From Candidatus Ratteibacteria bacterium (GTDB lineage: Bacteria > CAZDME01 > JAYEMH01), in assembly GCA_034717985.1 (NCBI GenBank), contig JAYEMH010000005.1, positions 1 through 52,660 of the forward strand: a DNA stretch of 52,660 bases, written 5' to 3'. The translations under genes and the position numbers were made by a program. The notes under the pieces were generated by a model. The model ran no database searches. It was not told the origin of the DNA and saw nothing but the letters and a program-made list of their open reading frames with translations. This document shows, piece by piece, positions 28,552-35,882 of this stretch (position 1 is the first letter of the stretch; each line of letters opens with the position of its first letter).

Positions 28552-28857
28552 CTATTCTCTGCCAAGCTTGCCTAACTTAAAATGGATATCGCGAATAAGC
28601 GGCTCTTCGGCTTCCTGATTGAGCTTATCCAAAATATCTATTTTGTGATGGAGTGTCAATTGATAAACCCAATTGGAGTTATCCACTTGAACAAAAAGCT
28701 TTTTCCTTTTTATGCCCAACGGCTGGGCGTGCCTGGCAATCTGTTCGCCCACCAGCTTGTCCCATGCCCCCAAAACCCGGCCTTCTTTAAGCCTTTTTTC
28801 CATCCCCAGATTCTCAAAGGCTCTCTTTAAGACTTTATCAATTTTTTCTACACTCAT
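28552..28857 (-). CDS. DUF721 (DciA-like) protein
   Basis: 101 aa. ...VLGAWDKLVGEQIARHAQPLGIKRKKLFVQVDNSNWVYQLTLHHKIDILDKLN fits the DUF721 pattern. It occupies the dnaN-gyrB slot where recF usually sits. Confidence 0.7.
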   Translation of the reverse strand: MSVEKIDKVLKRAFENLGMEKRLKEGRVLGAWDKLVGEQIARHAQPLGIKRKKLFVQVDNSNWVYQLTLHHKIDILDKLNQEAEEPLIRDIHFKLGKLGRE

Positions 28858-28975
28858 TTTTTTATCTCGTATATAGTATCTGGTGTCTGGTATCTCGTAT
28901 TTAGTATTTCGTATCTCGTCCGAATTCTGATTCGTTTTTTGCGATTCACGAGATACGAACGACGAGATACGGCCT

Positions 28976-30100
28976 TTAGTTGAGCCGCATGGGCATAATT
29001 ACACAGATATAGTTTTCGTTCTTATCTGCGGGCTGAATCACCCCCGGGCTTAAAGAATTGCTTAAACCTATATTAATTTCTTCGCTTTCTATATTCTTTA
29101 AAACATCAATTAAAAAATGCGGGTTAAAAGCGATGTTTAACTCTTCTCCTTTATATACCGTATCCATTTCCTCTTTAGACTCCCCCACCTCAGGAGTGTT
29201 AGCGGAAATGATTAATTTTCCCTGTGGGGTAAAACTAAATTTGACTGAATTGGCTTTTTCGCTGGTAAGAATAGCCGCTCTTCGAGTAGCGGTCAGGAAT
29301 TCCTCCCGCTTAATTTTTATCCTTTTCTCTATTTCCTTGGGGATAACTTGTTCATAATTTGGGTATGTCCCTTCAATTAAGCGGCTGGTTAGGTTAATCT
29401 CGCCTAACCCAAGCGAAGATGGTATTTTACAAGAAACCTGATTCTCTCCAACCTTTAAAACCACTTCACTTTTTTCATCCTGTAGAATCTGTGATAACTC
29501 CTGAATGGCTTTGATAGGGATAATAAAACTAAAGGATACACCTTTAGTCTCTTTAAGCTTTACCGAAACACAAGATAGTCTTCTTCCATCGGTTCCTACC
29601 ACATTTAAAATTCCTTTATCAATTTTAAAATAAAGACCGTTTAAAACATAGCGGGTTTCGTTATAAGAAACAGAAAAATTGGTTTTTTTTATAATTGTTT
29701 TAAGAGTGTTCTGGGATAAAGAAATTTCTTTATCTTCTTTAAAAATAGGAATTTTAGGAAATTCTTCCTTGGGTAAACCGAATATTTTAAAAAAGCTTTT
29801 ACTACACTTGATTTCAATTTGATTTTTGATAACTTCTAACGAAATTTCCTTATCAGGTAATTCCTTTATGATATCCCCTGTCTTTTTTACCGGAATGGAT
29901 ATACTGCCCGGCCTTATGACCTCAGCGGAAATAGTTGTGTTTATCCCTAATTCAAGGTCTGTGCAGAATAAATTAAGGCGGTTTTTTTGTGTATCAAGTA
30001 AAAGATTGGATAGAATTGGTAAGGTGCTTTTGGGAGATACGGCATTTTGGACAGTTTGGATTCCTTTTAAAATACTTTCTTTTTCCACTTTAACTTTCAT
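28976..30100 (-). CDS. dnaN: DNA polymerase III beta sliding clamp
   Basis: 374 aa with a three-domain clamp layout. It lies immediately downstream of dnaA and ends in MPMRL. Confidence 0.95.
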   Translation of the reverse strand: MKVKVEKESILKGIQTVQNAVSPKSTLPILSNLLLDTQKNRLNLFCTDLELGINTTISAEVIRPGSISIPVKKTGDIIKELPDKEISLEVIKNQIEIKCSKSFFKIFGLPKEEFPKIPIFKEDKEISLSQNTLKTIIKKTNFSVSYNETRYVLNGLYFKIDKGILNVVGTDGRRLSCVSVKLKETKGVSFSFIIPIKAIQELSQILQDEKSEVVLKVGENQVSCKIPSSLGLGEINLTSRLIEGTYPNYEQVIPKEIEKRIKIKREEFLTATRRAAILTSEKANSVKFSFTPQGKLIISANTPEVGESKEEMDTVYKGEELNIAFNPHFLIDVLKNIESEEINIGLSNSLSPGVIQPADKNENYICVIMPMRLN

Positions 30101-30161
30101 TATTTTCTCCTTTTATTTTTACTAATTATATAGTTATTTAAGTAGTAGTATTATTAAGGGT

Positions 30162-30259
30162 TGTGGATTTGTGTATAATTTAAAATCAATCTTAAAACTC
30201 CTAAAAACAAGAAGCACAACCTGTGTATAACTCATTAATAAATATCCACAAAATCCACA
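30162..30259. promoter_or_regulatory. DnaA-box-like motifs in the AT-rich dnaA-dnaN spacer
   Basis: TGTGGATTT (30162-30170), TGTGTATAA (30222-30230, the reverse complement of TTATACACA), ATATCCACA (30242-30250) and AAATCCACA (30251-30259). All are within 0-2 mismatches of TTATNCACA. Confidence 0.45.
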
Positions 30260-30310
30260 ACCAACCTTTCCTGCTTTTTATCCTATCAAGAAGTCAATAA
30301 AAAAACAACC

Positions 30311-31654
30311 TTATTCTTTTTCGCTTATCTTCCCTTTTAGCTGGTCAAGCAGTTTTTGCAGGTTAATATCGGTTTTACGATGATTCTCAACAACGTTTAT
30401 GGCGTGAAGCACGGTAGTGTGGTCCCGGCCGCCAAAAAACTCCCCTATTTCAGGCAAAGAACACTCGGTTAGTTCACGAGCCAGAAACATAGCTACCTGG
30501 CGGGGAAAAACAACAGTTTTTGTCCTTTTTTTTATTTTCATATCAGAAACACTTAAATCGAAATACTCACAAACTTTCCTTTGAATCAAATCTACCGAGA
30601 CATGCCCGACGGCCTGGTTGTGGGCAAATAGATCTTTAAGGGAGTCTTCGGCCAGAGCAATAGTTATCGGCGGCCCGACAAGGCTGGCATAAGCCACCAA
30701 GCGGATTAAAGCTCCCTCCAGTTCCCGGATATTACAGCGGATTTTTGACGCCAGAAAATCAATGACTTCTGCCGGAATGGGGATTGCCTCTTTTTCTGCT
30801 TTCTTTCTTAAAATTGCAATGCGGGTTTCTAAATCCGGGGGCTGAATGTCAGTTACCAGGCCCCATTCAAACCGCGATATCAACCGTTCCTCTAAACCAG
30901 GAATCTCCTTAGGGGGAGAATCAGAGGAAACTACTATCTGTTTATGGGCGTCATAAAGGGTGTTAAAGGTATGAAAAAATTCTTCCTGAGTGCTTTCTTT
31001 TCCGGCCAGAAACTGAATATCATCTAAAAGGAGGATATCAACCTTGCGATATTTATTTCGAAACCTCAGGGTGGTCTGGTTCTGAATAGCATCTATCAGT
31101 TGATTGGTAAATCTTTCACAGGACCCATAAAAAACATTTAAGGATGGAGCGGCCTTTTTGGCCAGGTGTCCGATGGCCTGCAAAAGATGAGTTTTTCCCA
31201 ATCCTACTCCGCCATAGATAAAAAGGGGATTGTACGCCTTGGCCGGCGATTGGGCCACGGCTAAAGAGGCGGCGTGAGCAAAGCGGTTGCCGGGACCGAC
31301 CACATAGTGTTCAAATTGATATTTCGGATTAAGATAGGTGTCTTCCGGGGATAGAATGTTATTTCTAAAGGCATAGACCGGTTCGGCGGCCAGCTTTACT
31401 TCCTGAGCAGACTTTCTTATTGCCACCGAAGTCTCAGGAGTTGCCAGCATGGTTACTACGGCTAATAGCTGCTCCAAATAATGCTCCCTGACCCAATCTT
31501 CAATAAAAGCATTGGGGGCCTCCAGAAGAAGCCGGGAGTTTTCCAGACTCAAAGCCCGCAAAGGCTTCAACCATGTTTCAAAACTTTGCCCGGGAACAGC
31601 TTTTTGGAGCTCTGCCAGGGCTTGCTGCCAGAGAATGGCGGCCGAATCAGACAA
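30311..31654 (-). CDS. dnaA: Chromosomal replication initiator DnaA (TTG start)
   Basis: 447 aa. It contains Walker [12 protein letters not shown], Walker [10 protein letters not shown], and a domain IV HTH ([11 protein letters not shown]). Confidence 0.97.
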   Translation of the reverse strand: MSDSAAILWQQALAELQKAVPGQSFETWLKPLRALSLENSRLLLEAPNAFIEDWVREHYLEQLLAVVTMLATPETSVAIRKSAQEVKLAAEPVYAFRNNILSPEDTYLNPKYQFEHYVVGPGNRFAHAASLAVAQSPAKAYNPLFIYGGVGLGKTHLLQAIGHLAKKAAPSLNVFYGSCERFTNQLIDAIQNQTTLRFRNKYRKVDILLLDDIQFLAGKESTQEEFFHTFNTLYDAHKQIVVSSDSPPKEIPGLEERLISRFEWGLVTDIQPPDLETRIAILRKKAEKEAIPIPAEVIDFLASKIRCNIRELEGALIRLVAYASLVGPPITIALAEDSLKDLFAHNQAVGHVSVDLIQRKVCEYFDLSVSDMKIKKRTKTVVFPRQVAMFLARELTECSLPEIGEFFGGRDHTTVLHAINVVENHRKTDINLQKLLDQLKGKISEKE

Positions 31655-31716
31655 AATCGTCTCCCCAAAGGCTTAAAAACAACCGGTTAGACAAAAAAGA
31701 ACGGTTTTCCAAAGAC

Positions 31717-31735
31717 AATCCACAAATTATCCACA
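31717..31735. promoter_or_regulatory. DnaA boxes upstream of dnaA (AATCCACA plus a perfect TTATCCACA)
   Basis: caATCCACAaaTTATCCACAg read directly. The perfect 9-mer is at 31727-31735. Confidence 0.6.
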
Positions 31736-31990
31736 GCCAACTTAATAGACTGAACCTGTTAGACTTGTAAAGAAAACCGGCGACAGTTCTTCGCTGTTTG
31801 ACTTGATTAAGAAAATTCATTTTTGGCGAGAATGTTTAAAAATATGTATAAGTCCAACAAAATCAGAGAGTTGTGAAAAACTAAACTGCGCGTTCGGCGA
31901 CAAGACCGCCTCTGTTTACCCAAAACAGCAGGCCGCTCTGCGCCGCCCTCGAAACGACTTTCCTCAAGTTGCCCAGAAAATATTAACAAC

Positions 31991-31999
31991 TTATCCACA
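31991..31999. promoter_or_regulatory. Perfect DnaA box TTATCCACA
   Basis: Read directly in the dnaA-rpmH spacer. Confidence 0.55.
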
Positions 32000-32061
32000 A
32001 GAACAAAACTTTTCGCAAAGGGGAGGATACTTTACCATATTTCCGGCAGGATAGCAAAGAA

Positions 32062-32089
32062 ATTTTACCAAAAATTCTTTTTTTGTCAA
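32062..32089 (-). promoter_or_regulatory. Candidate dnaA promoter: TTGACA, 16-nt spacer, TAAAAT (minus strand)
   Basis: Reverse complements are tgtcaa at 32084-32089 and atttta at 32062-32067. It lies ~410 nt upstream of the dnaA start. Confidence 0.3.
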
Positions 32090-32150
32090 ATTTTTCAAGA
32101 AGAGGTCTCTGAAAAAACTCAGAGCCCTCTGATTACACAGATTTCTAAAA

Positions 32151-32170
32151 CCTGCCTGCCGGCAGGCAGG
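32151..32170. repeat. Perfect 20-bp palindrome CCTGCCTGCCGGCAGGCAGG flanked by a 12-bp direct repeat GATTACACAGAT
   Basis: The direct repeats are at 32131-32142 and 32171-32182. The palindrome is related to the CCTGCCTCGCCGGCAAGGCGGG hairpin of the composite repeats. Confidence 0.8.
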
Positions 32171-32246
32171 GATTACACAGATACTCTTCCGACGAGAACT
32201 TAATCTGGTGGTCAAAATCAACGATGGCGGATAATCTTTAGCCGGC

Positions 32247-32268
32247 AATTGTTTCACGTGAAACAATT
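32247..32268. repeat. Perfect 22-bp palindrome AATTGTTTCACGTGAAACAATT (copy 1)
   Basis: It is identical at 33225-33246 and 33927-33948. A right half-site also occurs at 34061-34070. Confidence 0.9.
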
Positions 32269-32358
32269 TAAAAGGGACAAATACCCCGTTATGCCTAACC
32301 ATGCACACGCGATAATTATTATTCAAAATATTGTAGGGGTCGACCCCCGTGTCGACCC
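32260..32358 (+). repeat. ~99-bp dispersed repeat containing an HUH-transposase-like remnant and a TGTAGGGG hairpin (copy 1)
   Basis: It is ~90% identical to 34061-34159. In one frame it reads ..YPVMPNHAHAIIIIQNIVGVDPRVDP, resembling the MPNH.H..I HUH motif region of IS200/RayT-type Y1 transposases. Confidence 0.6.
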
Positions 32359-32466
32359 GAGTCTCTTTTTCGTCTTTCGCCTTTGGGTTTTTGTTTTTTG
32401 TCTTCTGCCTTTTGTCTATGGTCTATGGTCTGTGGTCTGTGGTCTCTATGATTTCGAGGAAAGCTC

Positions 32467-32495
32467 TTGACAAGCCACGGTAATTAAATTATAAT
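32467..32495 (+). promoter_or_regulatory. Consensus sigma70 promoter for rpmH: TTGACA, 17-nt spacer, TATAAT
   Basis: TTGACA at 32467-32472 and TATAAT at 32490-32495, with a spacer of exactly 17 nt. Confidence 0.7.
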
Positions 32496-32560
32496 CTCTT
32501 AACACTTATCAGAGCAGGCATAATCCATTTTATACCAGAAGATAATACCCGGAGAAAAAA

Positions 32561-32695
32561 TTGAAAAGAACCTATCAGCCCTCTAAAAGGAGCCGCAAGA
32601 CAACGCACGGATTTCGCCGCCGCCGCCTGACCAAAGGCGGCCGGAAATGTTTAAATCGTCGACGGAAAAAGGGCCGAAAGCGGTTGGCAGCTTAA
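32561..32695 (+). CDS. rpmH: 50S ribosomal protein L34 (TTG start; absent from the ORF track)
   Basis: Manual translation gives [44 protein letters not shown]. An RBS GGAGAAAAAA precedes it, and rnpA follows as usual. Confidence 0.9.
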   Translation: MKRTYQPSKRSRKTTHGFRRRRLTKGGRKCLNRRRKKGRKRLAA

Positions 32696-32696
32696 G

Positions 32697-32764
32697 CCCC
32701 GTTAGAGATAGGTTGCCCGGGGCAACCGACGACAGACACCTTCGGTGTCTTACCTCTAACGGGG
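32697..32764. repeat. TIR element T1: CCCCGTTAGAG...CTCTAACGGGG (68 bp) with two inner hairpins
   Basis: An 11-bp terminal inverted repeat encloses GGTTGCCcggGGCAACC and AGACACCttcGGTGTCT. It is nearly identical to 41245-41311. It starts 1 nt after the rpmH stop. Confidence 0.85.
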
Positions 32765-32850
32765 TAAGCCCCGATAGAGATTAGGAAGCAAGAAAATAGC
32801 GGTAAAAAGCCGGCTATTAAGGGGTAGTGTCAAACAAAGCATGAAAGAAC

Positions 32851-33315
32851 ATGATTAACGGGGTAAACCCAAGCTTAAAACATGCCTTCCCAAAAGAAGA
32901 AAGGCTCCGCAAGAAAAAAGAGTTTACGGCGCTTTTTAAAGAAGGCCGGGTTTATACGGGCAGAGATTTACAGCTTTTCGTTCTCCCCCGCCCTGACGGG
33001 CTGCGGAAAGCGGGTTTTGTTTTCAGCCGGCGGATAAAATCCAGTGTTCAGCGAAATCGGCTCCGCCGGCTCCTCCGCCAGGCTTATAGACAGAATAAAG
33101 AGAGGTTTTTCGAAGGATACAGCCTTCTCGTAAGGGTAAACCGCCCTCTGAAAAGGGTCAGTTTTTCCCTGGTTGAAGCGGAATTTTTGGATTTAACCAG
33201 GCAGGCGGAGATACTGCGGCGCCAAATTGTTTCACGTGAAACAATTTACCCTGGGACAGACGAAAGACGAGAGACGATTGACGAGAGACGAGAGACGATT
33301 GACGAGAAACAATAG
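32851..33315 (+). CDS. rnpA: RNase P protein component (with a repeat-derived C-terminal tail)
   Basis: FPKEERLRKKKEFTALFKEG... and SSVQRNRLRRLLRQAYR form the RnpA RNR motif region. The last ~30 codons run through the 22-bp palindrome and GACGAGAGACGATT repeats. Confidence 0.85.
   Translation: MINGVNPSLKHAFPKEERLRKKKEFTALFKEGRVYTGRDLQLFVLPRPDGLRKAGFVFSRRIKSSVQRNRLRRLLRQAYRQNKERFFEGYSLLVRVNRPLKRVSFSLVEAEFLDLTRQAEILRRQIVSRETIYPGTDERRETIDERRETIDEKQ
33225..33246. repeat. Perfect 22-bp palindrome AATTGTTTCACGTGAAACAATT (copy 2, inside the rnpA ORF tail)
   Basis: Exact match to copy 1. Confidence 0.9.
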
Positions 33316-33625
33316 GCAAAAACAAAAGGCATAAGACTATAGACGAAGGATAAAGACTAGAGACTATAGACAAAGTCTAATGTCTAAAAGCTGAAGTCTG
33401 AAATCTAATGTCTGGAGACTGATGTCTGAAGTCTCAACAAAAGATAGACAATAGATAATAGACTATAGACAAAGCCTGATGTCTAAAGTTTAAAATCTGA
33501 AGGTTAATGTCTATAGTCTGCTTTTTTGGAGGTTCTATAGGGATTTTACCTCCAAGTGTCTCTGTGTTCTCTATGGATAAACATATCGTTATGCCTAAAC
33601 AGACACAAGTGCCCGCCCCTACGAC

Positions 33626-33838
33626 ATGATAAAAAAAACGGTTTTACGGCTAATTTCTCTCTATCGGCGCTTTATATCGCCAATTTTGCCTCATAGCTGC
33701 CGCTTTTACCCGTCCTGTTCAGAGTACGCCCGCCAGGCCATAGAGAAACACGGGCTCATTCGAGGCGCCGGGCTTGGATTGAGCCGGCTTCTCCACTGCG
33801 GGCCATGGAGTCCGGGTGGATATGACCCGGTAAAGTAG
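33626..33838 (+). CDS. yidD: Membrane protein insertion efficiency factor YidD
   Basis: LISLYRRFISPILPHSCRFYPSCSEYARQAIEKHG..GGYDPV is the YidD signature. Confidence 0.9.
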   Translation: MIKKTVLRLISLYRRFISPILPHSCRFYPSCSEYARQAIEKHGLIRGAGLGLSRLLHCGPWSPGGYDPVK

Positions 33839-33926
33839 CTCATTGTTTATAGCGCATAGCTGTTAGCGTATGGCTGATGGTTCATAGGTAAAAACCTATG
33901 AGCTAAAAGTTAAGAGCTGTGAGTTG

Positions 33927-33948
33927 AATTGTTTCACGTGAAACAATT
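33927..33948. repeat. Perfect 22-bp palindrome AATTGTTTCACGTGAAACAATT (copy 3)
   Basis: Exact match to copies 1 and 2. Confidence 0.9.
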
Positions 33949-34060
33949 TTAGGTAGTGGCAAAAATTAAATAAAAGAAAATGAAAAGAACCACAAAGGGC
34001 ACAGAGAAAAAATAACCACAGAAAAAGAGATTAAACCACAGAAAAACACAGGTGAACACA

Positions 34061-34159
34061 GAAACAATTTCAAAAGGACAAATGCCCCGTTATGCCTAAC
34101 CAGGCACAGGCGATAATTATTATTCAAAATATTGTAGGGGTCGACCTCCGTGTCGCCCC
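34061..34159 (+). repeat. ~99-bp dispersed repeat with an HUH-like remnant and a TGTAGGGG hairpin (copy 2)
   Basis: It aligns base by base with 32260-32358 with about ten substitutions. An inverted REP-like partner hairpin follows at 34190-34218. Confidence 0.6.
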
Positions 34160-34277
34160 GGGACTAAATAATAATAAGATATCGGTTAACGGGCGGACAC
34201 AGGGGTCCGCCCCTACAAAATTATCGTTATCGTCTATCATAAAACGCGTTAAACCATAACACCAGAAAAGGATAATT

Positions 34278-35882
34278 ATGGACAAAAAGTTGTTAATGGC
34301 TTTTGTTTTATCGGTTGTGGTTTTATTGACCTTTAATTACTATAACGCCAGGATAGCCCCCCAGCCCGGGCCGGTTCAGGAGGAAGAGCTAATAACCCAG
34401 GCATCTCCTCAGCCAGCCGCCTTATTGCCCGCTCAAGAGGCGCGGCCGGAAATAGTTTTAACCGCCGGGGAGTCCCGGGTGGAAACCGCTCTCTTTGAGG
34501 CGGATGTCAATCTCAACGGCGGGGGATTAGCCTCCTTTACGCTTAAGGAATACACGGATAAGGATGGGAGCTTGATTAATCTGGTTCGCCCCGAGAGGCA
34601 AGCTTCAAGCCTCCCTTTAAATAGCTATTGGCCGGAGGCGCCTGTTTTAATCTTCCATGGAGACAAAGACCTGAGCTTATCTGAGGGACGGTCCCAGGGG
34701 GAACTCCTTCTCCGGGCCAGGGGAGAAGACTGGGATGTAAGCAGAAGGTTGTCGTTTGACAACCAGCAATACCTGCTCTGGCTTGAGCTCAACTGGGAAA
34801 ATCTTTCCTCGCAAAGACGGCGCCTGCCTGACTATTACCTGGTTTGTACCCCCGGTTTTGGTTCCCGGGATAAGGAAAACCGGCAATACGCCGAGGTGAG
34901 AGCCGGTATCTTCCAGGGCGATCGGGTTAAAACCAACCGCTGGAAAATTAATTCACTGGTCAGACAGCTCATAAAGAGGTCCCGGGAGACGAATATTGTT
35001 TCCCGGCTGGATAAGGAAATACCGGGGGAGGTTAAATGGATAGCTTACAGGAATAAGTATTTTGCGGTGATTGTTAAGCCTGAGGGCGAAACCAAAGGGG
35101 TGCTTTTTTCAGGTCTGGGAGAGGATGAGGTTCTTTGCCGGCTTAAAATGCCCGGAGGGGAGCTTGAGCCGGGAGAAAAACTCAGCCAGCGCTTTGCCGT
35201 TTATCTCGGGCCGGTAGATTACCACCAGCTCCAGGGCTTAAATCTGGGTTTTGAGACAATTTTTGACAGCGGGGGACTGGCACCTTTAAGAAGGCTGGTA
35301 ATGGTCGTTCTGAGGTTCTTCTATCGGCTGGTAGGGAACTGGGGTGTGGCCATCATTCTTTTAACCATTGTGGCCAAAATCATTCTTCTTCCGCTTACCC
35401 AGAAAAGCTTCCGTTCAATGAGGGAGATGCAAAAATTACAGCCGCAGATAACCAGCCTCCGTCAGGTTTATAAAGAGAGCCCCCAGAAGCTGCAAAAGGA
35501 GATTATGGATCTCTACCGCCGGCATAAGGTGAATCCCATGGGGGGCTGTTTCCCCATGCTCCTTCAAATGCCGATATTTATCGCCTTGTTTACCGCTCTG
35601 AGAAGTGCCATCGAACTGCGGCAGGCGCCATTTATTTTCTGGATTCATGACCTGTCAGCCAAAGACCCCTTTTATGTTCTGCCTATTCTTATGGGCGGGA
35701 CGATGTTCTTACAGCAAAAAATGACGCCTCAAGCGGACCCGCAGCAGGCCCGCCTGGGGATGATTATGCCCATATTCTTCACCTTTATATTTATGAATTT
35801 TCCCAGCGGCCTGGTTCTCTACTGGCTGCTTAACAGCGTTCTTTCTTTAGGTGAGCAGTGGCGGATAAAAAAGGGAAAATAG
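34278..35882 (+). CDS. yidC: Membrane protein insertase YidC
   Basis: 534 aa. It has an N-terminal TM, a large periplasmic domain and a C-terminal 60-kDa IMP core (GNWGVAIILLTIVAKIILLPLT, CFPMLLQMPIFIALF). Confidence 0.95.
   Translation: MDKKLLMAFVLSVVVLLTFNYYNARIAPQPGPVQEEELITQASPQPAALLPAQEARPEIVLTAGESRVETALFEADVNLNGGGLASFTLKEYTDKDGSLINLVRPERQASSLPLNSYWPEAPVLIFHGDKDLSLSEGRSQGELLLRARGEDWDVSRRLSFDNQQYLLWLELNWENLSSQRRRLPDYYLVCTPGFGSRDKENRQYAEVRAGIFQGDRVKTNRWKINSLVRQLIKRSRETNIVSRLDKEIPGEVKWIAYRNKYFAVIVKPEGETKGVLFSGLGEDEVLCRLKMPGGELEPGEKLSQRFAVYLGPVDYHQLQGLNLGFETIFDSGGLAPLRRLVMVVLRFFYRLVGNWGVAIILLTIVAKIILLPLTQKSFRSMREMQKLQPQITSLRQVYKESPQKLQKEIMDLYRRHKVNPMGGCFPMLLQMPIFIALFTALRSAIELRQAPFIFWIHDLSAKDPFYVLPILMGGTMFLQQKMTPQADPQQARLGMIMPIFFTFIFMNFPSGLVLYWLLNSVLSLGEQWRIKKGK

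Noticed and set aside
30290-30306. GAAGTCAATAAAAAAA motif shared with the gyrA promoter region (22157-22175) as a dnaN promoter
   Set aside because: The reverse complement gives TTGACT, but no acceptable -10 hexamer follows at 16-18 nt in the dnaN copy. It is noted only as a shared motif.
31803-32470. ORFs 31803-32054(+), 31807-31998(-), 31991-32326(-) and 32249-32470(+) in the dnaA-rpmH spacer
   Set aside because: They run through DnaA boxes, palindromes and dispersed repeats (the FHVKQ peptides come from the 22-bp palindrome). They lack RBS and are best explained as origin or repeat DNA. The PNHAHAIII stretch is treated as a transposase-like remnant, not a gene.
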